61,516 nucleotides of DNA from a virus, in the IMG/VR virus record IMGVR_UViG_3300027908_000008, positions 1 to 61,516 of that record. One strand, given 5' to 3'. Shown piece after piece: positions 43,483-52,495 of the stretch. The notes under the pieces are model-generated. The model was not told the origin of the DNA and did not search any database. It saw only the letters and a list, made by a program, of their open reading frames with translations. The position numbers were made by a program, and so were the translations under genes. Numbering within the stretch: position 1 is the first letter of the stretch; every line of letters starts with the position of its first letter.

Positions 43483-43793
43483 CGATTTCCCTTCGGGTTG
43501 ATCTGGATTTCAGAATAGCGGCCCCAATCGGTTTCGAGGAAGGCCATATAGCAGTCGGCGCGAGTGCGCAGTTCAAGCAGCGATTCTGGCGTCGCCTCTC
43601 CGGATGCCCACGAGCGAGAGACCCAATCCTCCCGGCAGGCCAGCGCCATCGCTTCGTAGCGAGCCGCGACCCATTCAGTGACCGGATGGCTGGCCCAGGC
43701 CGCAAACTCTTCCGAGGTCAGCGCGGTGGGGCCTCGGTAGGGTTTGGGGCAGACACCTAGGAAAGGCTGGGGTAACGGCTGAGCACGCGCCAT
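43479..43793 (-). CDS. Hypothetical protein
   Basis: ATG 43793 within track ORF 43479..43808. Confidence 0.45.
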   Translation of the reverse strand: MARAQPLPQPFLGVCPKPYRGPTALTSEEFAAWASHPVTEWVAARYEAMALACREDWVSRSWASGEATPESLLELRTRADCYMAFLETDWGRYSEIQINPKGNR

Positions 43794-43987
43794 CAGGCGT
43801 CCGCCCACGTTTCACCAGCCACCGCATCGAGCGGCAATCGGGCCAGATCGTCATCAACGAATCGCCGCTCGCGGCGGTCGAACACGCCCCAAGCCGGACC
43901 CTCAAGATACGCCTGCGCCACATAGCGCTTGGGCGAATCGTTGAACCAGACGGCTTCGAGCTTAAGGTGCTGGGGATGGAGTTGCAT
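43793..43987 (-). CDS. Hypothetical protein (64 aa)
   Basis: ATG 43987 within track ORF 43793..44038. Confidence 0.4.
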   Translation of the reverse strand: MQLHPQHLKLEAVWFNDSPKRYVAQAYLEGPAWGVFDRRERRFVDDDLARLPLDAVAGETWADA

Positions 43988-46214
43988 GTGGCCCTTCGGG
44001 CGGCTCGGGAGGTTGAAGAGTTTCCAGATCGGCGACACTACCCGTCTGCGCGATCCTGTCGGCTTCCTTGTGGATGTCGTGCGTATCCTTCGCGGCCAAG
44101 CCCAACTCCCGCGCCGTCTTGGCGTGCACCAATCCGGTATCCGCCACGCTCTTCTGCGCCTTGATCTGCGCGTCCGTCAATTTGGTATGCACCTCCGCGC
44201 CTCGTAGCTCGGCATCGGCCGACTTGAGCTTGGCGGTGGCGGCGATGTCCTCAGTCTTGGCGATCATCAGCGGGTTAGGCGGCACATCGGCGAAGAACCT
44301 GTCTGGTCGGTCGGTGTCCATCGTTTCCAGCGCATCGCGCGCCAACTCACGCGCCGGCCCAGGTTGCGTCATACCAGCGGCCTGTCCAATCTCCGATTCG
44401 GCCAACTGCATCTGCGTCTGGATACGGGCGATCTTCTGCATCTTGGTCACAACGGCGGGATCAGCGACGGGCTGAATATCGGTTCCGTCGCCAGAGAAGT
44501 CAGCGTCGAAATCGCCGCCTGTCAGTTCGGCATACTGTCTGCGCTCCCGATCCGTGCCCCAGCGCTTGAGGCAGCGGTACATCAACCGGAACTCGGCCTT
44601 GAAGCCGCGATAGACCCGCTTGTAGATCGCGCTGAACGCCTGGAGCGCCTGGTTCTGCAAGGCGAGCGTCGTGCCCACCGGGGCCGTAGAGGGGGCCTCA
44701 CCCGTGATCACGTCCTTGACCGACGCGATATCCTTGGCCGCCGCTAGCAGTAGTTCCAGCAGCTTGAAGGTGACATCGGACGGGTGAGGTACGGTGCGCT
44801 CCCAAATGGCGTTACGCAGATCGGGGCCTGACGTGCTGACCACCTTGTACTCGCCCGGTTGGAAGAACAGCGAGCCGCCGGCGCCTGAGCCTTGCAGCCT
44901 GACCGACGAACCAATGAAGCCGCCGCCGGCGATCTCGGCCGTGCCGGCGTCGAGAAGCTGGTTGATCGAGGTATCAACGCTGTCAGTGATGCTCTCCAGC
45001 AACTTGCCAAAGCCGATACCGTAGAACTTTCCGCGCGGGTCGGGCAGGAACAAGTAGGGCGCGTACAGTTCCCAGCGGTCGATCCGCATGACCTGACCGC
45101 TGGTCTGGTTGATCATGATGTCGGCAAGCGTATAGGCCGGCTCGATCCGCATCAGCGTCTTGGTGTCTATGTCAACCGTGACCACGTAGGGCTCAGCCAA
45201 GCCGTCCTCGTCCAGATCGTCCAGCCGGTGCTGTTCGATGAACTTGCGGGGTTGCTCGGGGTCCTCGCCGATCTTGGGTAGGTCTACGTCGGGCCGGTAG
45301 ATGCCGGTGCGCTGGCGCTGCTCGACTTCGTAGGGGTAGACCTCGAAGTCTTCCGTGATCCTTGGGCAGCGATACAGGCTCTTCGTGTCGTTGTGCACCG
45401 TCAAGCGGAGCGCGCTGACGTATTCCGAGCACAGGCCCGACGTGCCCATGTAGATTTTCTTGAACGCCGCGCCGGTGATCGGAATCTGGTGCAGCAGGAG
45501 GTCGGTGTCGCCCTCCCAATCGTCCATCTGGTAGAAGATCAGCCAGTTGAGGAAGTGCTTGACGCGCTCGGCTCTGGCGTTGCGCGCGTCGATGGCAAGC
45601 GAGGCTTGCTGTTCCTGCTGCTGTTGCGCCGCGAGAGCCTGCGCTGCCTGCTGAGCCTGTGGCGAAGGCGGCTGACCGGGAGGCTGACCGGGTGCGGGCT
45701 GCGGCGGTGGATTGGCCTGCGCGACCTGTCCCGGCGTCGGCTTCTTGTGCGGGGGCATGAACACTTTGACGCTGACGACGCTATCGCCCTTGACCAACTC
45801 AGGCCCAGCCCGCGCCGCGAATTGCTGGCTGGCAGTGGTCAGGATCGGGTAGTGGATGTCAGCCGAGTTGTCCCACAGGCCCTCGCCTGAGGCGTAGCCA
45901 GACGACTCGGTTCCTTCGCCCTCTTCCTGCGCCGCTATCGCCAGCGACCGCTCGGCCAGGTTCTTCCACGACATGCGCGAGGCGTCATCGATTTCCCACT
46001 GGCGCACGGCCTCGACGCCAATTCGACCTAGTACGGCGGGGTCCAGCAGGTGCGAGATGTCGCCGTTCGCGTCGGTGAAGCCGCGAAGGCGTTGCAGACT
46101 TTCGGGCTCAGCGCCGGTCTCGTTGCCGGGCGGCGTGAGCCCCTGCGTTGACGTGTCAATCGTCGCTTGCGGCTCGGGTGTCGGGATGCGCTGGACGCGA
46201 GTAATGAGGGCCAT
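43962..46214 (-). CDS. Portal protein
   Basis: 750 aa (P22-portal size class), upstream of the scaffold/capsid genes; carries a P/Q-rich low-complexity insert. Confidence 0.65.
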   Translation of the reverse strand: MALITRVQRIPTPEPQATIDTSTQGLTPPGNETGAEPESLQRLRGFTDANGDISHLLDPAVLGRIGVEAVRQWEIDDASRMSWKNLAERSLAIAAQEEGEGTESSGYASGEGLWDNSADIHYPILTTASQQFAARAGPELVKGDSVVSVKVFMPPHKKPTPGQVAQANPPPQPAPGQPPGQPPSPQAQQAAQALAAQQQQEQQASLAIDARNARAERVKHFLNWLIFYQMDDWEGDTDLLLHQIPITGAAFKKIYMGTSGLCSEYVSALRLTVHNDTKSLYRCPRITEDFEVYPYEVEQRQRTGIYRPDVDLPKIGEDPEQPRKFIEQHRLDDLDEDGLAEPYVVTVDIDTKTLMRIEPAYTLADIMINQTSGQVMRIDRWELYAPYLFLPDPRGKFYGIGFGKLLESITDSVDTSINQLLDAGTAEIAGGGFIGSSVRLQGSGAGGSLFFQPGEYKVVSTSGPDLRNAIWERTVPHPSDVTFKLLELLLAAAKDIASVKDVITGEAPSTAPVGTTLALQNQALQAFSAIYKRVYRGFKAEFRLMYRCLKRWGTDRERRQYAELTGGDFDADFSGDGTDIQPVADPAVVTKMQKIARIQTQMQLAESEIGQAAGMTQPGPARELARDALETMDTDRPDRFFADVPPNPLMIAKTEDIAATAKLKSADAELRGAEVHTKLTDAQIKAQKSVADTGLVHAKTARELGLAAKDTHDIHKEADRIAQTGSVADLETLQPPEPPEGPHATPSPAP

Positions 46215-46522
46215 CAGATCATACCCTCGGCACGGGCCTTCTCAATCCGCGCGAGTTGTTCGTCCGACATCGGCGAGCCCTCGGCTTTATAACGCACCAG
46301 TTCCTTTGTCAGCCACAACTCATACTCGGCGTATATTTCTTGCAGCCGAGCGATTAGCGCAGGTACTGAGGCCGGTTCGTCCCACCAGCAATAGGTTACG
46401 CCCGTAGACGAATCGTCATATCCGCCGCGCTCTTCGTGCCTCCACGCGATATGCGCGATTTTATTTCCGTCGCCCGGGACGAATTTGACTTGCCGTGATC
46501 CCCAGCCGAAATGGATTTCCAT
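46214..46522 (-). CDS. Hypothetical protein (102 aa)
   Basis: ATG 46522 within track ORF 46214..46660. Confidence 0.45.
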   Translation of the reverse strand: MEIHFGWGSRQVKFVPGDGNKIAHIAWRHEERGGYDDSSTGVTYCWWDEPASVPALIARLQEIYAEYELWLTKELVRYKAEGSPMSDEQLARIEKARAEGMI

Positions 46523-46791
46523 CAGTCGTCCCGCACAATGAGCTGAACGACCGTCTTTTGCGCCGGCCTTTCCTCTTCGTCGTCCTTCGGGCCAAAGTCC
46601 TCGCGCGTGCCGGCTGAGCCGTATAGCAGATAGCTTTCGAAGAAGACCGTCAGACCCCAAAGGCGTGGCGTATATCGCCCATCCTCATCTGGGCAAAACG
46701 CAGACGCAGCCAAGCGGCAGGCTTCGCGGCGAATCCAGAAACCGAACAGAAAATACCGCAGATCGAACTTATCTCGCGCCTCGTCAGCCAC
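46522..46791 (-). CDS. Hypothetical protein
   Basis: GTG 46791 within track ORF 46522..46890. Confidence 0.4.
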   Translation of the reverse strand: MADEARDKFDLRYFLFGFWIRREACRLAASAFCPDEDGRYTPRLWGLTVFFESYLLYGSAGTREDFGPKDDEEERPAQKTVVQLIVRDD

Positions 46792-47026
46792 CGTCGTGGC
46801 CCCTCCCCTTCGGCGCAGTCTCTTCCTTCGCCAGCTCAGCCCGCTTCGCCGCGTCGTGCTTGCCGAGCCAAGCGCGCACCTTCTCGACATCCTCGGGCGA
46901 AATCTCGATAGCGGTGACGGTCGGGCTCAGCGCCCCGCGCGCTTCGAGCTGCACCCAGCCCCCGGGCTTGTGGGTAAAGCGAAGCAGCGTGCCGTCTTCG
47001 AAGGGGATTTCTAGCGGTTCAGGCAT
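46784..47026 (-). CDS. Hypothetical protein
   Basis: Track ORF. Confidence 0.45.
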   Translation of the reverse strand: MPEPLEIPFEDGTLLRFTHKPGGWVQLEARGALSPTVTAIEISPEDVEKVRAWLGKHDAAKRAELAKEETAPKGRGHDGG

Positions 47027-47210
47027 TTCCGTTCCAAGCTCTGATTGCGAACGCGCTCGCCGCCGAGAATAACGTTAGTGCGATCACGATTCGCAGAGCC
47101 ATCGTTGCGCTAGGGACGGGCCGATCATTCCACGATACTTCAACGGCTCCCGGCGCTAGCAGAAAGCCGCACCCAAGTACGGCGAAAAAGACGGCTCCCA
47201 ACCAGATCAA
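47019..47210 (-). CDS. Membrane protein (2 TM)
   Basis: Track ORF; TTG start. Confidence 0.4.
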   Translation of the reverse strand: MIWLGAVFFAVLGCGFLLAPGAVEVSWNDRPVPSATMALRIVIALTLFSAASAFAIRAWNGNA

Positions 47211-47359
47211 TATCCAGCCCTCTTGTTCCTCACCCTTCGCCCAACCGGCGCACGCTCGGCCTCGCGCAGCCTCACGGCCCGCACCCAGTCCTGGTGCGTC
47301 GCGTTCAGCTTCGCTTCCTCGACTTCGGCGGGGGTGTAGGTGCGGGGGGCGTCAGACAT
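47207..47359 (-). CDS. Hypothetical protein (50 aa)
   Basis: ATG 47359 within track ORF 47207..47389. Confidence 0.35.
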   Translation of the reverse strand: MSDAPRTYTPAEVEEAKLNATHQDWVRAVRLREAERAPVGRRVRNKRAGY

Positions 47360-47567
47360 TCTTGCACAGCCACGGAGCGCGCAGGACAAGCTGTCTGGCG
47401 ATTAGCGTCAGAGGACCGTAAGGCACACTCGGCGAGCCGAAGCCAAACCACCATCGGTCGCCATACCGACGCTCAAGCCATTCAATGTGCAGCAGTTCGC
47501 GAGTGCGCGGCCAGACAAGCAGCAGGGCCGTAGTGGTGCCCGCGAAGAACCAAGCGATCTCAGCCAT
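47352..47567 (-). CDS. Hypothetical membrane-associated protein
   Basis: ATG 47567 within track ORF 47352..47603. Confidence 0.35.
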   Translation of the reverse strand: MAEIAWFFAGTTTALLLVWPRTRELLHIEWLERRYGDRWWFGFGSPSVPYGPLTLIARQLVLRAPWLCKNV

Positions 47568-47958
47568 GGGCTTGCCAACACGCTGCAAACCGCATCGGGG
47601 CATTCATGGGGGAACCAGATGCCCGATAGCGGATATAGGTCGTCAGCGAGTTGGCGTGAAAGCGCCAACGCTCATTGCCGATGTCAACCACGCCATCCGA
47701 GATAGGCTTGGGACATTCAGGCACGCTTTGGCGATCCAGAATGTCAGCGCCATCCGACTTGGCGAAGTCCAGCGTCGTGAGCGTGATTGTGCGTGTTAGT
47801 TCGCGCCGGGTCACGCCATCGCCCTCCACAGGGAACCCTTGACGCCAATCTGTAACGACCAGGTGCGAGGGGCGTCGCTCATCGTCTCGCGATATCCCCG
47901 AGAACGTAAAAACCTTCGTAAAGCGAGTATTTTCCGGCTCCTGATTTCGGACGCACAA
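47560..47958 (-). CDS. Hypothetical protein
   Basis: Track ORF; 80-nt overlap with the upstream ORF makes the start uncertain. Confidence 0.4.
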   Translation of the reverse strand: MCVRNQEPENTRFTKVFTFSGISRDDERRPSHLVVTDWRQGFPVEGDGVTRRELTRTITLTTLDFAKSDGADILDRQSVPECPKPISDGVVDIGNERWRFHANSLTTYIRYRASGSPMNAPMRFAACWQAHG

Positions 47959-48277
47959 TCTTGGTCGCGCCCTCTTCGGGATTGATCAGTAGCACGACCT
48001 CTCCGGGATATTCCCAAGGTAGCGATATCACCATCGCGCCAAACTCGTCGCGGGGAGCAAAATAGTTGAAAGCCGCACCGAAAACGCACATCTGCGAGTG
48101 TTTCGTTCCGCCCATGTGGTCTGTGATGTCAACCAAGGGGCGGAACTCCCGCTCGGCTAGCCACGCGTTGATCTGGCCCACCAACGGATAGGTGTCTAGT
48201 TCCAGCCCGCTAGTCTCAGCCTCGATTGAATCCTCGGCACAGGAGATGCAAAGCAGGACGCTGTCCACGTAGCTCAT
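47879..48277 (-). CDS. Hypothetical protein
   Basis: Track ORF. Confidence 0.45.
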   Translation of the reverse strand: MSYVDSVLLCISCAEDSIEAETSGLELDTYPLVGQINAWLAEREFRPLVDITDHMGGTKHSQMCVFGAAFNYFAPRDEFGAMVISLPWEYPGEVVLLINPEEGATKIVRPKSGAGKYSLYEGFYVLGDIARR

Positions 48278-48516
48278 CGCGCCGGTCCATCGTGGTTCAC
48301 GGCGCGGGGGCGCAACGGCACGCCTCGCAGTCCAGGATCGTCGTCAGGAACGGTTATCTCGACTTTCTCAGTCGGCAAACCGCCCCATGGAGTGTTCCAA
48401 CGCCACCAAAGCTTAACGCGCGCCCAAGGCGTCAGCTTGGCAGTCTGCGGATGTGCGGTCGAAAATAGGCCGATACCATCGTTCATCGCATCGGCCTCGC
48501 TCAGGTCTTCGGCCAC
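48274..48516 (-). CDS. Hypothetical protein
   Basis: Track ORF; GTG start abuts the terL stop. Confidence 0.4.
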   Translation of the reverse strand: MAEDLSEADAMNDGIGLFSTAHPQTAKLTPWARVKLWWRWNTPWGGLPTEKVEITVPDDDPGLRGVPLRPRAVNHDGPAR

Positions 48517-50133
48517 TTAGTAGCCTCCCCTCGGATTGCGCACGCGCCTTTGGCGGGGCGGCGTGTTCTGCGCTAGCATATTCGCCGCGAACGGAACAGC
48601 GAAAGTCAGCGCCGCTGCGTCGCCTAGGTCAGGCGAGGCACCCAACCGCTTCTTGATCTTCTCCTTGTCCTCCAGCACCAGCTCGTTGTTGGTGTTGTGC
48701 CGCGTCGCCTGCGGACCCCACACCGGGGCGCCGATATCGGCATGAAGCGCATCGCTATCCGGCACTTGCACCCCGCCAGGCGATTCGAACCAGTCGCGCA
48801 TCAGGTCCCACATCTCAGCCCGGCGGTTGAGGTACATCTCCTCGCCAGTCGGGCCACGACCTATCGGCGACGAGCCGAAGTTGACCGCGTTCAGCCTGGC
48901 GCCGTAGCCCATGTCCATCAGGTTGTCGTACACGCCAGCCCCGTTCGAGCCGACATCGATGTTGACCGCGTCTGGGCTCAGACGGTCGATTACCGTCGCA
49001 AGTCGCTGGGCGAGGTAAACCGTATCGCCCTCAGGCTCCCACGTCTCGCAGATGCGCTGGCCAAGCCGGCGCCCGCAGCGGTCGATGATGCCCACCCGAT
49101 CTTGGTCGCGGGCCGGATCGATACCGAGAATGATCGGCCCGCGCCCAATGATTTCCTCTTCCGGCTTGCGCGCCTTCATGATGCTGAGCGCCGGGATGAA
49201 GCTGTTGCCCGACGTCTGGAACGCGAGATCGAACGTCGCGGGGTATTCGGCGTGGAAGTCGGGGCAGATTTTCTCCGGATCGAGCGACTTGCCTTGGGCG
49301 ATCTCGCGATTGGTCAGGTAGGCCCAGTAGACCTGCTCCCACGTCAGCTCGTGCAATTCGCCGTATTCGCGGAACTCCGGCGGACACCTGTCGGCGAAGG
49401 ACTTTGGGCATTTCTCCTGATAATCGTCGCCCCAGAACCACGGAATGAAGATCGCTTCGTACTCAGACTTCTCGTGAATCGCCGCCATGGCGTAGCTGTG
49501 GAAGACATTTCCGATGCCGTCGGCGGTCGATTCGAGGATGCCCTCGGTTCCGTCCACCTTGGCGAGCGCCGTGGTCAGCAGGGACTTCACGTGGCTTTCG
49601 GCGTTAGGCCAGTAGCTGACCTCTGAGCCGTGGAAAAGCTGAATGGTGTCCGACCGTCCTACCTCTTTGCTCCCCGCCGTTGCGACATGGTAGCCGCAGT
49701 CGTTGGCGGCAAATACCAGCTCTTTCGCGTTGGCCGCCTTGGTCTTGGGGCGCATGTGCGCCGGCATCAAGTCCTGGAACCGCTGCGCCATGCCGAACAA
49801 GTTCGCCGTCGCGGGGTCTTCGTGCGTGAGGATGAATGCCCTGAGGGCCCTTGAGGATCGCCAAAGCTTCCAATAGAATCGCGCCTGGATATAGGTGCTG
49901 ATCCCGAGCTGACGTCCTTTGACGATCAGGGCACGAACCCACCTCTTCGTCTCTAGCTGACGCTCAAGTCGTGCGTGCAAATGCCGCTGCGCTCGGTTGA
50001 GCCGAAACGGAACGACCTCGCCGCTCTTGGTTCTGATCTTGAGGCACGTCCGCGCGAAGAACTCGAAGTCGTCAACGCAGCGAAGGGCGAGTTGGCGGGC
50101 CTGGTCGAGGATTTCGGGCGTGATGGTGCTCAA
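48517..50133 (-). CDS. terL: Terminase large subunit
   Basis: 538 aa; Walker-A-like KGRQLGISTY, ATPase then nuclease halves (IILGIDPARDQDRVGI...); position upstream of the portal. Confidence 0.85.
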   Translation of the reverse strand: MSTITPEILDQARQLALRCVDDFEFFARTCLKIRTKSGEVVPFRLNRAQRHLHARLERQLETKRWVRALIVKGRQLGISTYIQARFYWKLWRSSRALRAFILTHEDPATANLFGMAQRFQDLMPAHMRPKTKAANAKELVFAANDCGYHVATAGSKEVGRSDTIQLFHGSEVSYWPNAESHVKSLLTTALAKVDGTEGILESTADGIGNVFHSYAMAAIHEKSEYEAIFIPWFWGDDYQEKCPKSFADRCPPEFREYGELHELTWEQVYWAYLTNREIAQGKSLDPEKICPDFHAEYPATFDLAFQTSGNSFIPALSIMKARKPEEEIIGRGPIILGIDPARDQDRVGIIDRCGRRLGQRICETWEPEGDTVYLAQRLATVIDRLSPDAVNIDVGSNGAGVYDNLMDMGYGARLNAVNFGSSPIGRGPTGEEMYLNRRAEMWDLMRDWFESPGGVQVPDSDALHADIGAPVWGPQATRHNTNNELVLEDKEKIKKRLGASPDLGDAAALTFAVPFAANMLAQNTPPRQRRVRNPRGGY

Positions 50134-50465
50134 GCCGCGATCTTCGCCCTAGCGTCGGCGTCAAGCCACCAGCCCTCACTCCACGTGTTGTGGATCGCGA
50201 TGCCGTGCGGCCTAAGGCGCTTGCGCATCCGGAAGATGTAGACATCGATTATCTTGTCGTAGGGCGGGTTGTCTCGGTCGCCATAAAGCGCCGCGTAGAT
50301 ACGTTGCCGGGTCGTGCATCCCTGTGTCTTCGCCAGCATCCCCAGAATGCGCGCCTCGTAGGCCGTCAGCCGCCATTCTGGGGGCGAGGCGTAGGTCAGA
50401 CCCAGCGCCTCCTCCAAGGCCGCCACGCGCCACTCCAGGGCTTCGATGCGCTCCCTGTCGGTCAA
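50130..50465 (-). CDS. Coiled-coil + OmpR/PhoB-type winged-helix DNA-binding protein (small-terminase candidate)
   Basis: RIEALEWRVAALEEAL then LTAYEARILGMLAK...IIDVYIFRMRKRLRPHGIAIHNTWSEGWWL; ATGA-coupled to terL. Confidence 0.6.
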   Translation of the reverse strand: MTDRERIEALEWRVAALEEALGLTYASPPEWRLTAYEARILGMLAKTQGCTTRQRIYAALYGDRDNPPYDKIIDVYIFRMRKRLRPHGIAIHNTWSEGWWLDADARAKIAA

Positions 50466-51262
50466 ATCAATCCGCGCCCCCGCAGGATGGCGCCTATCAT
50501 ACCGGGACCGTGCACCACCATCTCCAACCCCAGCGCCTTGAAGTTCCCGGCCGAAATAGCGGCGTCCCTCGCCTCCGCCATCCAGCTGCCAGTCGTCTCG
50601 AACTTCGCAACCACCTCGCCATCCTCGCGCCGCAACTCAACCGGCTGATTGTGCTCGGCAAGCGGTGCGGGTTGAGCCGAGGCGTGGTGCTCGCCGTCCG
50701 CCGAGTAGCAGCAATCCCATCCGTACATCTCGAACCGATGGTAGCCAAGGGCGCGGAACAGCGCCTGGGTGACGAGCGTGATGCTGACGGCACACGGAAT
50801 GGCGACTTTGCCGGCCGGAGCGGGCTCGAAATCATCCAGCCGCCAGATGCGAACGTCGCGCCCCTTCAGCTTGTCGAACACGCTCGGGTGCACCTTGCTC
50901 GCCAGCAGGTAGGTCATGGCGCTCGGTGGATCGTCGGGCAGGAAGTCGGCGACAAGCGACTGTTGGTCGCAGACGCACCAGTAGTCCGGCCTAAGGCCGC
51001 GTTCTAGGAACAGGCTTAGCGCGCCGTTGAGGGCGACAACGATCTCTTTGGTAAAACAAACAGCCCCTAGACGCTCCCACAGAGCCTCGTCGCGGGCGCT
51101 CGGCCCCGAGCCTACAATTATCACCGATCTGAGCGGAACGGCCTCAGGCAGCCCGCGTAGCTCGTTGGCGGCCATGTTGGCGCGGGCTTCCGCCTCGGGA
51201 GGCGTGGTGATCTGGAACGTGACCGTGGTGGCGACGCCTTCGGCGACTTGCGAGCCGTCCAT
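50462..51262 (-). CDS. DUF115/MptE-like (Maf-type) domain protein
   Basis: IIVGSGPS...VVALNGALSLFLERGLRPDYWCVCD...SITLVTQALFRALGYHRFEMYGWDCCY. Confidence 0.5.
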   Translation of the reverse strand: MDGSQVAEGVATTVTFQITTPPEAEARANMAANELRGLPEAVPLRSVIIVGSGPSARDEALWERLGAVCFTKEIVVALNGALSLFLERGLRPDYWCVCDQQSLVADFLPDDPPSAMTYLLASKVHPSVFDKLKGRDVRIWRLDDFEPAPAGKVAIPCAVSITLVTQALFRALGYHRFEMYGWDCCYSADGEHHASAQPAPLAEHNQPVELRREDGEVVAKFETTGSWMAEARDAAISAGNFKALGLEMVVHGPGMIGAILRGRGLI

Positions 51263-51265
51263 GCG

Positions 51266-52000
51266 TTACACGCCGCCGGCGCCCATGACGACGACGTGAA
51301 GGCCGTTACGGTAGAGGAATATTTCGCCCGAGCGCGCCTTGATGCTCACCTTCACGTTCGTGGCAGCGCCGGCAATCGTGCCGTTCGTGACGGGATAGAC
51401 GCTCAGAGCCGTGGCCGAATCATTGAACACCACGTAGCTCTTGTTGGTCCCGCCCGACGAAAGCCGAATCCCCCGCGTGGTCAGCGAGACCACGGCCACG
51501 ATCACATTGCCAGGCGTGACGGGAGTCGCGACCGACTGCTGATTGGTCCCGGCTGCATTGACGACCTGCAGGTTGCCGTCAATCGGCCCATTCCCGCCGC
51601 TTCCCGACAGGTTCATGTACCAGTTGCCGGTGATGCTGGTGTCGTAGCCTGTGGCGTTGTCGAAGGTCGCTACTGTCTGGGCCGGAAGGGTGACGGCTGC
51701 AGTGCTCGCGCCGCCGTTGATCGTGTCGCCGGAGCCGTTCGCCGGGAAAACGAGGACATCGTTATTCGTGGCGTTGATAACCGTGACGGGACAGCCCTTG
51801 AGATTCCAGGCCCCCGAGACCCCCACGGCTCGCGGAAGAGCCACCGCAGCTCCAGCAACAGCCGTCGTGATTCGGTTGACCTGAGCGGCAAGCGCAAGCG
51901 CCGTGGCCTGCGTAGCCGGGCTGACGGCCGTCAAAAGGTCAGCCGTCGATCCTCCCACGAAGGAAAATCGGGTGCTTTGGATAGTTGCCGTTTGGACCAT
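51266..52000 (-). CDS. Hypothetical beta-rich protein
   Basis: Track ORF; first gene of the minus-strand late operon after the island. Confidence 0.5.
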   Translation of the reverse strand: MVQTATIQSTRFSFVGGSTADLLTAVSPATQATALALAAQVNRITTAVAGAAVALPRAVGVSGAWNLKGCPVTVINATNNDVLVFPANGSGDTINGGASTAAVTLPAQTVATFDNATGYDTSITGNWYMNLSGSGGNGPIDGNLQVVNAAGTNQQSVATPVTPGNVIVAVVSLTTRGIRLSSGGTNKSYVVFNDSATALSVYPVTNGTIAGAATNVKVSIKARSGEIFLYRNGLHVVVMGAGGV

Positions 52001-52100
52001 GGCGAAGGGCTCTCTGTGCTGGTTGAGCCGCTTCGCGGGCAGGATGAGAATAGGCTATGCGAGGTAGCGCGCAAGCTTTCAGAATGATACGCTTGACCAC

Positions 52101-52319
52101 ATGACCGGCGAACAGCTCAAGGCCGCACGCAACGCCATCGGCGCGACTCAGCACCGACTAGCGGCACTGATTGGCGTTCAGCCGCTGATGGTGCTGCGCT
52201 GGGAAAACGACCAGACGCCTGTTCCAGTTCGGACGGCTCTGCTCATGCACGTCATGCAGGGCGGTCGGGTTACGCTGGAGGGGTTGGAGACGATCAGGGC
52301 GCTCTACGAGCCGGACTGA
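52101..52319 (+). CDS. XRE-family HTH regulator
   Basis: MTGEQLKAARNAIGATQHRLAALIGVQPLMVLRWENDQ. Confidence 0.6.
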   Translation: MTGEQLKAARNAIGATQHRLAALIGVQPLMVLRWENDQTPVPVRTALLMHVMQGGRVTLEGLETIRALYEPD

Positions 52320-52387
52320 GCCAGCCTCCGCTTCACGCTCGCGGGCGCAGTCAGCAGCCACAGCCAGTGGCGAAGGGTGTTGGTCAT
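52304..52387 (-). CDS. Possible 27-aa peptide with a strong Shine-Dalgarno sequence
   Basis: AAGGAG-N6-ATG; hand translation MTNTLRHWLWLLTAPASVKRRLAQSGS; 24/27 codons end in G/C. Confidence 0.3.
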   Translation of the reverse strand: MTNTLRHWLWLLTAPASVKRRLAQSGS

Positions 52388-52430
52388 TTTGCGCTCCTTA
52401 GCCAGTCGTTGAGGCGGCGATACCAGGACT

Positions 52431-52456
52431 GGCGATTATATACTTTGCAAACGCAT
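52431..52456. repeat. Left terminal inverted repeat (also carries TTGCAA-N16-TATAAG promoter-like boxes)
   Basis: Shares GG....TATATAC with the mini-IS terminus; 39 nt upstream of the transposase ATG. Confidence 0.55.
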
Positions 52457-52495
52457 TAGACTGCGCTATAAGAATCCATCAACGGATTCAAAGCG

